Assembly: GCF_001194135.2 (NCBI RefSeq)
Contig: NC_068985.1
Span: forward strand, 67,867,291-67,930,992
DNA length: 63,702 nucleotides
DNA from: Octopus bimaculoides
Lineage: Eukaryota
Reading direction: 5' to 3'
Part shown: piece after piece, positions 36,681 to 49,549 of the stretch
Layout: every line of letters begins with the position of its first letter
Numbering within the stretch: position 1 is the stretch's first letter
Made by a program: the position numbers and the translations under genes
The notes under the pieces: generated by a model
Told to the model about the DNA's origin: nothing
What the model saw: only the letters and a program-made list of their open reading frames with translations
The model's database searches: none

Positions 36681-37544
36681 TATTAGAGATTCCATATACA
36701 TCTTCTCCACTAACTGCACCCATAGCACTTCACTTTAGCTATAGTAGAATTACATTCGAAATGTTGGCATAATTTACCTTGCAATGACAGTTGGTTTCAT
36801 AGATTAACTTATCTAGGCCCCTTTTAGGTAATTCATCATTAGTATTCTTACACTAAAACCCCTCCGAATTTAAAAACTCCATCTCCCACACATAACAATC
36901 TCTTTATATTACTTTATTATCCTACTTCTCAATATAACCTTTACACCCTCTTATAATTATATAATGATTGTTCTCTTGGTTCCAAATCTAAATCTAAATT
37001 TAGACTATAGTGTGCGAATATATCCATTACCCTACTATACCCTTTGCTTAATAGTACCTTTGGTTATTCACCTTAATAGTGAATGAATCCTCCCTCATTT
37101 TGTAGCAAATTTCACCATTTATTCATATTTAATGTTTGATTGTTCCATTTTATTTCATTCTGGACCACTGTAGGTTAATTCAGCATTTGTTTAATTATGT
37201 ATTTGCTTCCACTTTGTTTTGCAGTTTGCACGTAACTATGTGTTACAATTGCGGATGCATGCGTATGTGTATATCCATATATGGAATTAATATATATATT
37301 TAGATTGAGTGTGTATATATGAATGTTTTTACTTGTGCGTATGTGTGCATGTGAGTGTACACATGTTGATATGTATAAACATACACACATATTTATATAT
37401 GTGCGTGTGTGTGTGTGTATACGTATGTATATTTATGTGTGATTTTATTTGTTTGTATATGTATGAGCATATTCTAGTAGGAGTTTGCGTCTATAAAAAT
37501 ATTTTGCAAGTAAATTAATTTGTAGTTATTAATTTATTAATTAT

Positions 37545-37632
<88 letters not shown>

Positions 37633-37899
37633 CAACTTATTTAATTGATTAGCTGGCTGATTGATTAAATGATTGTTTAGCCAATCACTTGTTTGATTCA
37701 TTAGGTGTAATGTGTGATTAATCAAGGGAATGATCGATGGCTTTGTAAATTTCAAATTTAGACCATTTTATTAACCTATTTATTACCACACCTTAACCAT
37801 ATTTAATTCTAAATGCCTTTATGAAAAATTTCATTATTATTTTAATTTATTTTGCACTGCTATTTTATTGGCTTAAAATGCACCCCCCCTCCTTAACTT

Positions 37900-38050
37900 A
37901 AATTCTGTGCTCAAATTCCGCCGAGATGGACTTTGCCTTTCATCCTTCCGGGGTCGAGAGATTAAGTACGAGTTCCGCACTGGGGTCGATCTAAACGACT
38001 GGTCTCCTCCCCAAACATTTTAGGCCTTGTGCCTAGAGGAGAAAAGAATA
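37900..38050 (+). mobile_element. SINE copy
   Basis: TCAAATTCCGCCGAGATGGACTTTGCCTTTCATCCTTCCGGGGTCGA...AAGTAC...CACTGGGGTCGAT...GGCCTTGTGCC. Confidence 0.75.
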
Positions 38051-38772
38051 TTTCCCTCATCAACTTCTAAATCCCTAATTGTCCAAATAGCTAATTCTCT
38101 AAAATTTAATGTTATCTTATTAGTCTTATTTCATTTCATTATACTCTATTTCATTTTAGTTTGTTTTGTATTGTCCTAAGCGACATTGGGCTCCTTTACA
38201 GCATATATCATTTATTTATTTTTTTCTTTTACCCCGTATTAACGGTTTTAATAGCCGGTCTTGTATTTTAAAATTCTAACTGACCAATTATATCGGGTGT
38301 TTGTTCTTCGTCTATCTCACTTTAGACAATAAGTGGATTGACTGAAATACCTACCAGATAGTACTAATTAGATTAATCAATAGGCACTTTATTTTGATAA
38401 TACTATTACTTGGTACTACAAACATAATTATTAATAATAATCATTATTATTTTAACATTTCATTGTAACTTTACTCCTTCCTTGGCCTATCCTATTTGCG
38501 TAAGCAGCTATTATTATCATTATTTATTCAATATATGCCACCCGTATATAGGACTACCAAGCAAATACCCCTTTATATGCTTAACTCTTTACATAACGCC
38601 CAAGGAAGGTGCACACGCAAGATGGCTTGATTCACATCATATTCAACCTTTCATTCTTTTCTTGTGTCTTCGTTTTACTTATTTATCTATTTACTACTTT
38701 GATGAAGCTTCATGATTCGAATCGATCTTATTTCCAATTATGATACATATGTTTAGCATAATAATGGTGATA

Positions 38773-38900
38773 CCGAAGAACTTTGTTAGCAGAAACAGCT
38801 GTAAGATGGGCTGCAGTCTTTTTTGTAAATAATCAATAAATAATAAGTGATGCAAATCAATTGTACTTCATCAATATTATCTCTATCTTCTGTCCTTTCA
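38773..38900 (+). repeat. Probable 3' pseudo-LTR of the second Naiad-like element, with a hammerhead relic (CCGAAGA...GAAAC-AGCT-GTA)
   Basis: Reverse complement of 34735-34875. Core CUGAAGA is mutated to CCGAAGA; stem III palindrome ACAGCUGU. Confidence 0.55.
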
Positions 38901-39979
38901 CCCTTTCTGTATATATATATATATATATATATACATTCGTACGCATGAATAAATATACGCACACACATACACATATACATGTGAATATGGATATTCAATT
39001 TTGTTTAGATGTATGTAAGGCAAAATAGGAGAGAGACTTATGTAAACGAAGAATAACTTGGGGGTATACAGGAGATATATGTGTAAAAATGGATAAATAA
39101 ATAAGCATATACACAATTAAATTATGTAATATTTACATATATATACACATATACATATACCTATATATATGTATATATATAAATATATAAANNNNNNNNN
39201 NNNNNNNNNNNNNNNNNNNNNNNNNNNNNNNNNNNNNNNNNNNNNNNNNNNNNNNNNNNNNNNNNNNNNNNNNNNNNNNNNNNNNNNNNNNNNNNNNNNN
39301 NNNNNNNNNNNNNNNNNNNNNNNNNNNNNNNNNNNNNNNNNNNNNNNNNNNNNNNNNNNNNNNNNATATATATGTATACACATATACACATATACACATA
39401 CACACATACAAACATAAACATATACATATGTTCAAAGGTTATTAAATTGTTATTAAGAACGTGTAAAAGTGGTTATTACTGTAATACAAGGTGGCAAAAA
39501 TTAATTCGAGATGTAATGTTTATATCAAATGTTATTAGAAGCCAAGTTAAGAAAATATTTGGGAAGGAAGAGGATATATTTGTAGAATTAAATCATCAAA
39601 GGATTTATACAAGTTTATTAGTGAGAGGTACGCCTTAGTATCTGACGGTTATTAATGTTACCAAGTGTGTATTTTCAAAAGTTATTCAATAGTTACTGGG
39701 AATACGTAAAGGTGGTTATTTATGTGAGGCAATGTGTGCAGTAATAATTCTAGACTTAAAGGTTATAGTCATTACTATTAGTAGTAGTATGTTTAAGTAA
39801 AAGTTTGGGTGGATAAGAAATATATTAAAAGAGTTACAGCTTCTAAGGGTTTATACAAATCTTTCAGTGAGAGGTACATCTTAATGTGAAACAGTTTTAA
39901 ATGTTATATACTATATTACATTACATTATATTATATAGTATAATTATTTTATTCCATAATTTAATTGTATATTTATTAA

Positions 39980-40855
39980 TTACTTAAATTTGCAGAACAC
40001 ATATTTTCCCACATGAACACAAGAAGTATTTTTCACTTGCCGTAAGTTAAGTAGGGCATTCCTAGAAGTAAGAATTTCCAAGGCTTCTGTGATGCATTGA
40101 TTACATTTCTTGTTATCAATTTTATAAGCCGTTGCAGAAGCAATAATATCCCGCATAATTTCAGATTCAACGTTATTATCCTTCAAATCCCATATCAATT
40201 TGCTTAATCCGGTGGAGTTGATATTTTGTTTCGTTCTAAAAGATTGGAGAAAGTTAGCCAAGCGGGTCTTTTCTTTATTTTCGGTAGAGCCGATATAAAA
40301 TATTCTTTTCGAAAACTTCAACTGTGCAGTCATAGATTTAATTTCCTCTCTTAATTGAATTCTTAAATTTGCACTTAGTTTTAACTTTACAGTCACAATT
40401 TTCATAAACGTTTTCATGTGTGTAATTAGTAGAAGAATTGATATTACGGGAGTTTATATGAGATATTTTGCTTCCATCATTGGAAATTATGTGATCATTA
40501 TTGTTAGAGTTGGTGGAGTTTGGGAAATTTAGTTTAAGTTTAAGAGAATTGGTAGAATTGTTGTCAAGTGTATTTCTCTTGGTGTAGAATTTATTCAATT
40601 TTCTGTTCATGATATAATTGTAAATTGGGTCGAAGTTAGGCTAAAGCCAATCGTGACGGTATTCTGGTTTATAATTTCATTGTATCTATCATCAATGTTA
40701 GAATGTTTATGAATGGCCTTAAATATGGATTTAACAATGTTATTTGTAATTCTTATTGCAAATGGAATAATTAACGAAATCTTATTAGATTTTCCAGGGT
40801 GAAATATATTTATATATATATATATGTATATCATTATCATTTTTCTTTTAGTCAC
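39980..40855 (-). mobile_element. Third Naiad-like PLE relic (C-terminal half)
   Basis: ISLIIPF...YNEIINQNTVTIGFS, Asn/Ser-rich linker, CDCKVKTKC, FYIGSTE, LSKLIWDLKD, CNQCITE...LLNLR...SCVH. Confidence 0.75.
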
Positions 40856-42656
40856 CTATCATAAACGACATTTTATATCACTACCACAGTGACGTCACAT
40901 TTTCTATATGAGTGTGTTCGCACGTTTGTTACCTACGTTAGGCCGATGACTAACAAGTATATGTTTGTGACGCTGTATGTGTCTGTCAGTGTACATACAT
41001 TTTTGTGACGACTGGCGCACACACACACACACATCCAAAGACAGAGACAGACACATACAGGGACAGAAATAGGCTTCAGATGTGCGAATGTACGTGTGTG
41101 TGACTCTCTCTCTCTCTCTTAGATTATGTATGTAAATTCCGCCACCGCCAAACAGTGAAATGCGCCGATATTGAAAGTTTACTTGTGACCTGGACTTTAA
41201 ATGAACAACAACGCTCACTTTCAAGTACTACCAGCATGAAGATTTCGCTGATTTAACACCGCTCACAATACTCGCAAATATATCTGAAAAAGAAAATATT
41301 ATTCTGATTATTATAACAAATTCGGTAACTTGGCGAAGTAGAAAGCCCCAACAGCTCTTTCAATATAAGAGGTTGATGTTTGTATGGTTTCGATTTCCTC
41401 GATTTGTAGGTTATGTGTTGATTTTTATCTATTTGTTTATGTTCCATGTGCGTATACATTTAGGATGTCCAGCATTATGTGCTGGTGTTTGTTCATATTC
41501 TGTTTGTTCTTTCCAAGCATTATAGGTTGTTGGTTGCATGTCTCTTGTTTGTCTTGCATATTTTGTGTGCCTGTTTATTGGGGGGTTTGGTAGTGTAAGG
41601 AGTGGGTTTTTGGTCTGTGTTTGGTAGGGTTTATGTGGATGTCTGGGAGTCCAATATGTTTGTGATTTTGGTTTGTTGTATCTTTTCGTTTGTTTTAGTG
41701 GTTTTGTTTTCATAATGGATTTTTCCCATAGTTCCGTTCATAGTTTAAGAACCGTTCCTGTTGTTTGGTCCATATAATTATGGATGTTTCCTCTTCTCGT
41801 TTAGTATCCTCTTTCCATAATGGGTGTCGTTTTTCTTTGTTTTGGTTATTATTCCTCTCTGTTATTTCAGCCATTGTGATGGCATCAATTGTTTTAATCT
41901 TATCTTCCTGATGTAAACTTCGTTTCCCATATTCATAAAACCTGTATTTCCTATGTAGATAACAAAAAAGACAAACGTTGAAAACAGTTGCAAATTTAGA
42001 ATTTGCAGTAGGGATAGAGGGAAACTAAAATTTGGATAACTTGTTTTCTGGACAAAATCGTATTTTATACGAGGAAACACTACATAGTTTCTGATCCTTC
42101 TTAAGAACAGAAACCACTCTCTGCAAACCCATGCAAACTGTACCCTCGCCCTTCACTATTAGACAAGAAATAACTTCCATTATTCCATTAATTACATATC
42201 AAATGTGCCGATTCTGCCCATAAGAATGGAGCAAATAATACAGTGTGCTTTTAGGTCATAACTCCCGGGCAACGCCATGATGCATTGCTAGTGTGTGTGT
42301 GTGTGTGTTTATATGTACATACATACATACATACTTACATATATATATATATATATATANNNNNNNNNNNNNNNNNNNNNNNNNNNNNNNNNNNNNNNNN
42401 NNNNNNNNNNNNNNNNNNNNNNNNNNNNNNNNNNNNNNNNNNNNNNNNNNNNNNNNNNNNNNNNNNNNNNNNNNNNNNNNNNNNNNNNNNNNNNNNNNNN
42501 NNNNNNNNNNNNNNNNNNNNNNNNNNNNNNNNNNNNNNNNNNNNNNNNNNNNNNNNNNNNNNNNNNNNNNNNNNNNNNNNNNNNNNNNNNNNNNNNNNNN
42601 NNNNNNNNNNNNNNNNNNNNNNNNNNNNNNNNNNNNNNNNNNNNNNNNNNNNNNNN

Positions 42657-42691
<35 letters not shown>

Positions 42692-43222
42692 ATATATAGA
42701 TAATACAAAATTGGACAAGGACGCAAAACATCCAGAGAGTTAGGTGATACAAAAAGGGAAACAAAACATCCAGATAGACGATACAAAGAAAACAAAGTGG
42801 GGTCATTCGGAGTTTTCTTTCATCAGTCAAGTTCCAGATTATCTTTGCAATTTAAGCTGTTTATATTCGATATTGCTCCAATGTGGCCAGCCCCAAGGAA
42901 AAACTAAGTTAAGAGCATTAGATTCCTTGGAAGAAAACAGCGAATATATACAAAAACAAGGACGGGAAAAAACGAGCAATGTTACACAAATGCAATAAAA
43001 ATAATAACAGGACATAACAACTGGTGTCTTTCGACTAAGGACGAATTTAAGCTGGCGTGTGTCCAAATAAAGCCTTGCGACATGAATACATGATTTTACA
43101 GGCACAGTGAGGTATATCGATTTTTCAAACACAACGGCCGGTCAAGAACAAAAGATCAGGCTTGGACGAACAGCTGTCACGTGAGAATAGAAGAGAGAGA
43201 GGTAGAGGCAGAGGGACAAATT

Positions 43223-43449
43223 ATAACCGTCTAGATGAAAAGTATTTTAAAATACGGTTTTTTGAAATANNNNNNNNNNNNNNNNNNNNNNNNNNNNNNN
43301 NNNNNNNNNNNNNNNNNNNNNNNNNNNNNNNNNNNNNNNNNNNNNNNNNNNNNNNNNNNNNNNNNNNNNNNNNNNNNNNNNNNNNNNNNNNNNNNNNNNN
43401 TATATATTAAAAAACGGTATTTTAGAATAGTTTTCATCTAGACGGTTAT
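43223..43449. mobile_element. Short element with ~45-bp terminal inverted repeats around a gap (MITE-like)
   Basis: ATAACCGTCTAGATGAAAAGTATTTTAAAATACGGTTTTTT (43223) versus AAAAAACGGTATTTTAGAATAGTTTTCATCTAGACGGTTAT (to 43449). Confidence 0.5.
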
Positions 43450-44255
43450 GATATATTAGCGTTTGATGATGAAGTACATGAAAATTTCCAATATTGACTC
43501 TTATCTATATTTTACCAATCCACTTTTGCAAATCGTTATACAGTTTCATTGTTTTGACATCGTGATTATTTCAACTGCATTTGACATTATGAAACAATTT
43601 GTCTACCGAATAAAGACAGATGCTACTGATTATAGGTTTCAGTCTGCTGACATGAAAATATATGTGTAGAAAACAGTTCTTCGAGACAATCTGCTATGGA
43701 GTTTTGGTGGCATAGCCGTACCGTGCCTTCAACAATTAAATTTCTCTCATTTAAATATGATTATATGCAAAGCCACTCTTGCAGTTGTAATGGTGTAATA
43801 TCATTTCTAGCCTTTTATAACAAAATATATCTCCTTAAATCTCCCGCATTGTGTAGTAATATGACAACTACATTTGACATACTGGACGTGTATTCTGCAT
43901 CTGATTGGTAATGATGCAGAAACATAGCATATTCCCTTTCACGGACCATTCTCAACTACAAATTTAAGGAGTTTCTATTTGATATATTTTCCCATTATAT
44001 ATGAAGCAGGAAATTTATGATTAAAGGTTATGCATGTATTTTGCTTCATCCCTTTAGTATATTATTTATTATATCTTCCACCTGGATTTCCAGAGATAAC
44101 CATTTCAAACGTTACTATGGAAAAATACTGAATCGCTTTCGCTGCAGCTTCTCGGTTTTACGTCAAAAATAGATAAACACATCGATCTCACACGCGCTCA
44201 CTTACACACACTGATATATGTGTGTATAAATATAGAATTGTGTGTGTGTGTGTGT

Positions 44256-44312
<57 letters not shown>

Positions 44313-44759
44313 TGTGTGTTTATACATAATTGCACATATGGGATGAGAGATTGATAAAATAAAAAAAGCAATTTTTTATGCATTTGTAAATGTGTATAGG
44401 TAGATATGCATAATCGCACACGTAAAAGCATATGTAGGTATATCTCTGTACAAATATTAAAACACATACACTATTCAGAAATGATTTATCATTTCTATAT
44501 GTACGTTTGTGTATAAATAGAACATTTAACAGTGCGAGTGTGTTCGCTAGGCTTGTGTTTACTATTGGGATCTTATGATTTTAACAAACATTGAACCGAT
44601 CAATTCATCATCCAATAGAAGAGAAAACGAAAGAGAGAATATTCTAAAACCCCAAGGTCATGCGTTTGAATGAGGAACTGACCTCTGAAAAGTATTCAAT
44701 CTGCTTTTGCATGAAAGTTTCCAACAATTATACCCATTCCTTTCCCTTACACTATTAAC

Positions 44760-45029
44760 GTATGTATGGTCACGATGATGAATTTTATTATATTAATGGT
44801 GTTAACAATGATGATGAAAAGGAGGGCAAGGAAGGAGGACTTTTTGGGAAAGGGGAAAATGATAGTCATGATGATCAAAATCAACAACTTTGTATTCATC
44901 ATCAATATAAACAGTAACTTTATGAAGGACACGATGATAGCGATAATTCAACTGATGTAAAACAAACACAATAAGAAAAATATTAGAAATAAGTATTCTT
45001 ATCATCGTCGTCATCATCATCGTCATTAT

Positions 45030-45063
<34 letters not shown>

Positions 45064-45100
45064 ATTATTATTATTATTTTTATTATTATTATTCGAAAGT
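44760..45100. repeat. GAT/CAT/GTT/ATT trinucleotide low-complexity tract
   Basis: Read directly from the sequence. Confidence 0.8.
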
Positions 45101-45533
45101 ATGATGAACGAGGTGCCAAGATTGTAGAAACCAGAATTCTTCAGAGAGTAGATAAATGTTAAAAATGGTAGCTGGCTGTTTTAGATGGAGGTGTGATAGT
45201 AGGTTCTTTGAAAAATATTGATTTCTTCTCACAGTTCTGTGGATATGCTGCCCCTCTATAGAAATTCTTTATATAAATGTAATATCTTGTACTTATTGAT
45301 CTATATATGGATGTAGAAGTAGGATGTCAGAAACTTAAGAAACCAACTATTCACATGTAAATACCTAGTCATTTTCCCTCACTCTCTCTGTTGCTCACTT
45401 TCTGTTTGTCTCCCCGACTCAAACGCACACTCATGCACACACACACACGCTTTCTTTCTCTCTTTATCTCTCTCTTTATCTCTCTCTCTTACTCTCTCTC
45501 TCTCTCTGTATATATATATATATATATATACAT

Positions 45534-46306
45534 AATACAAAGAATATATATATGCATGTATACACACATATATGTACATACTTACATCTACATGTGTATA
45601 TAGATGCATATCAGGGTACAGGACGTTAGAACAATGAACTACAGACAACGGAACGAACACATAGGAAAACAGATAGCCACTTGGAATAATTCCTTCGTCA
45701 GCTGCCTCTATTCTAACTAGACGTTTCGAGGATAAGGCAGAGCGTACTCTAGAATAGTCTCTTCCTGAGTAGCTGATCGACCCACTAAACAGAGGATTCC
45801 AAGGTGGCAAACATAAACCAAGACAGGAAAAATTGGACAGTGAAAACAACATTAAAATGCCGTACGGCCAAAGGCGAATTTGATGTAGAACGCTAGCAGT
45901 TCGTCTCGCCTTCATAGTGGCTGGAGCGAAAAGAGAGTTAACCACAGGTCACGTGTGAGCAGAGAGGATTGTAGAGGGAGGAAGTGGAATGAGGAGAAAG
46001 AGAGAGATGTGTGTGTAGCAGTGAAGTAGAAGCCAAGACAACAGAAGGGAGCAGAGCGAGAGGGGGAGGTGGGTAAGAAGAAAGATAGATACGTAGATAA
46101 GTAGAGGGATAGATAGAAAGATAGAGAAAGAGAGAGGATGGTAGGGGGAGGAAGGGGAACAAGGAGGAAGAGAGAGAGAGATATGTGTATAGCAGTGAAG
46201 TAGAAGCCAGGACAACAGAAGGAAGCGGAGCGAGAGGGGGAGATAGATAAGAAGAAAGATACGTAGATAGATAGAGGGATAGATAGAAAGATAGAGGAAG
46301 ACAGAC

Positions 46307-46357
<51 letters not shown>

Positions 46358-46704
46358 AAGAAAGATAGAGTCACGTCAGAATAATAAAGTACAAACGTAC
46401 TTGCAAACAGGACGTGTGCGTTCAATGATGTAATAATACAAAGAATATATATGCATGTATACACACATATATGTACATACTTACATCTACATGTGTATAT
46501 AGATGCATATCAGGGTACAGGGCGTTAGAACAATGAACTACAGACAACGGAACGAACACATAGGAAAGCAGATAGCCACGTAGAATAATTCCTTCGTCAG
46601 CTGCCTCTATTCTAACTAGACGTTTCGAAGATAAGGCAGAACGAACTCTAGAATAGTCTCTTCGCGAGTAGTGGATCGACCCACTAAAGAGATGATTCCA
46701 AGGT
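45534..46704. repeat. ~270-bp direct repeats (45534-45805, 46435-46704; period ~900 bp) enclosing a purine-rich/GATA-microsatellite core
   Basis: Aligned by eye at about 90% identity. No ORF. Contains ribozyme-like motifs (see findings). Confidence 0.9.
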
Positions 46705-46951
46705 ATATATATATATATANNNNNNNNNNNNNNNNNNNNNNNNNNNNNNNNNNNNNNNNNNNNNNNNNNNNNNNNNNNNNNNNNNNNNNNNNNNNNNNNN
46801 NNNNNNNNTACATATATATAATTAACATAATAGGGTAAAAAAAATTGATATTAATTAATATCAATTTAATACCAGGAAACCAGCACATTACAAGAATCAG
46901 AAGATTCAGAAAAAACTTTTCTGAGATCTCAAAAGGATTATAGTACATGTG

Positions 46952-47158
46952 TATATAAATGAGACCACTCAGTGGACTGCTAATGTGCTAGAAGAAGATC
47001 GCTTAAAGATTTTTAAAGAAAATTCAGCGAATCAAAAACAGGTACTTATAATTTTCACTAGTCTCGCCCGCCTGTTTTTGCTCCGCTGAATTTTCTTTGA
47101 GAATCTGTAAGTGATCTTCTTCTAGCACATTAGCAGTCAACTTAGTGGTCTCTTTTAT

Positions 47159-47161
<3 letters not shown>
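46952..47161. mobile_element. ~210-bp fold-back element (two ~91-bp inverted arms, 28-bp spacer) in TA-rich sequence; MITE-like
   Basis: TATATAAATGAGACCACTCAGTGGACTGCTAATGTGCTAGAAGAAGATC...AAAAACAGG (46952-47042) is the near reverse complement of 47071-47161. Confidence 0.8.
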
Positions 47162-47201
<40 letters not shown>

Positions 47202-49517
47202 TGGGCCTGTATGTACGCATATGCGTGTGCTCCAGAGTGTTTATATGCAAATTGTTAAGTTCGCTGTTTCTGTAATAGATAGATGATCACAGATGCTACA
47301 GCCGTGGGTACTCATTCATATCTCTCATTGTTTTAGAGGGTATGGTGGGATTACAAATGATTTTGACTGCTAAATCTAGTCGATCGAACCATCGTCATGA
47401 GCGCTTCTTCGTTTTTATGACAAACTGCGTGTGAGTTTTGAATCAAAACAAGATCTCGATTCTTGTTTTGTTTCACTCATTATATGTAATAATTATTTCT
47501 TTTAAAAATTACACTATGCATATTAGATTTACGTTCTTGAACATTAAAACTGTGTGTCCATACTGACAATCTTAGATCACTGGAAGTATCAAATAAAGGA
47601 ACACCAGCAAGAACTTACAAATACACGCTCAAACGCACGCACGCACACACACACACGCACACACACGCACACACACACACACGCACACACACACACACAA
47701 ATCATTTGCACTATTTAGCCTTTGGTTTTGATAAGCTAACTTTTGTTAGCAACCTGTTTGTTACTATTTTGAACCCTACTCTCACTCACATAAGTGCAGT
47801 TAAGATATGTTATATTTGAAATTCGCATTTATAGCGTCCTGTATATACACCCCGACGTCAGTTATATCATTACATAATCGAATTCCTTTCGCACCAGCAA
47901 AAATAATCTATCACATCCGAAACCTTTCAGCTTACAAATCAGCAGTGTCATACTACTTCCAATGATTTTCATTGTACTGGCTAAACAGATACTTTGATGT
48001 GCCTGTAACATGATATGCAGTCTATTAACATTTATTTCTTTATAAAATTCCTATTGTCGAAAGTGCACGAATAGGAGGTATTGTCCTTGAAAACCCAAAG
48101 CAAATTACATAGTTAACTTTGTGTAATATTCGAAGTTATTTAAAATCCGTTCCATAATTGTCCTATTGATTTTAATTGTATATTATTATAAAGCTTATAA
48201 AGTACTTTTCTTTGACTGATTAATCCACTTAGTGAATTTGGTTATCAGATTACACTATCTCGTGTAAGTTATAATATGCCTAATCTACTACATATGGGAA
48301 ATTCTGACTGTGGGTATGCTTGTGGAGTTGTTAGCTAACTCCTTCTACATCGTTTTATCGATTTTGATGAAACTTGATACGTCAGTAGAACTCATGTCTA
48401 GAAACCGTATGGAATACTCAGATTGTTGAAAACAGTCGATAATAGGATCCCTGGAAGGGGTCTTTATATATATCTAATATATTTTATATTAATAGCCAAG
48501 GTAAATAACCCCTTCGCCCAGATTTTAACAGCCAAAGAGAATAATTCCCGCTTTCTCGGCAATTACCGGGTACGAAAGCTAGTGCTGTATAAATCTGTGT
48601 GTATATATGTCTGTATTCATGTATGTGTGTGCATATGTATATAGATGTGTTTGTGTTATGTCTAGTTGAGAGAATGTAGAATTTAAGTTTGAAGAGTAAA
48701 AAAATTTTCTTATAAGCATTGATGAAAACAGTCAGTGGATTATATGCAATAATCAGAGATGCCGGTTGAGATATCAGCAGAGCAGTGATGGCATGCAACG
48801 GAAGAGATCATTACAAACAGATGCTACTCGAGTTTTTGATAAAGTTGTCAGACAAATGTTCTCAGCTCTGACTGATCGAAAGTGAATTATAGAATTGCAA
48901 TTTTTAAATAGTGAATGACATTAGTAGAAGTGTATCTGAAAGTATCAGGTATATGGTAAGTATGGTTGTTGGATCTGTTGAGGTAGGTGATGTTGGAGAG
49001 GGAAGAAAGGTGTTACCGCAAAGGGAGTGATGGATTCACAGTACAGATCCAGGCTTCTGTTAGGCGTTCTGAAAGAGATGTGGGTTGGAGTCTTTGTGAT
49101 AAATGCTACAGTGTGATAGGAGGACTTGAAATGCGCGTGTGATATCCGATGGAGAAAGGTGGTCAGTGTGAGAAAAAGGAAGATATTTGTTGGTGAGTTT
49201 AGCGCATAGGAAGGTGATGGATGTGTACAGGTAGTGTGGAATACTGTGTGGGGTAAACATGTGAGGGAGTGTTTGATGGAGATAGATTTTCAAGAGATGA
49301 GCTCGAGGTGAAAATGAGTCGATGGGCTTATCAAAGTTGGAATTAATAAGGAAAAGCAAAGGCAGGTTGTTGCTTAAAAATCTCAAAGTTCACCGCTGAA
49401 GGATAGATGTATGTTGTTTTATTCTGTTGACTCAAGCCACTTTTATAGTTATATTTGTTGCGAAATAATCAATAAGGAGGTGGTAATAATAATCAAAGTG
49501 ATGATGATAGTGGTGGC

Positions 49518-49549
<32 letters not shown>

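Noticed and set aside
32856-40417. Selenocysteine (UGA) recoding, reported for some Naiad elements
   Set aside because: The zinc-motif Cys codons that I can read are TGC/TGT, and I could not identify a SECIS. One expected Cys in the third copy reads TCA, which is uninformative.
41250-42250. Short minus-strand ORFs that might be a LINE/PLE N-terminus
   Set aside because: No recognisable motif.
42795-42840. Minus-strand CTGATGA-AAGAAAACTCC-GAAT hammerhead relic in a repeat-like region
   Set aside because: GAAA is mutated, stem II is mismatched and there is no stem I.
48960-49400. C-rich minus-strand ORF (49060-49386), possible PLE 5' region
   Set aside because: No diagnostic motif; compositional resemblance only.
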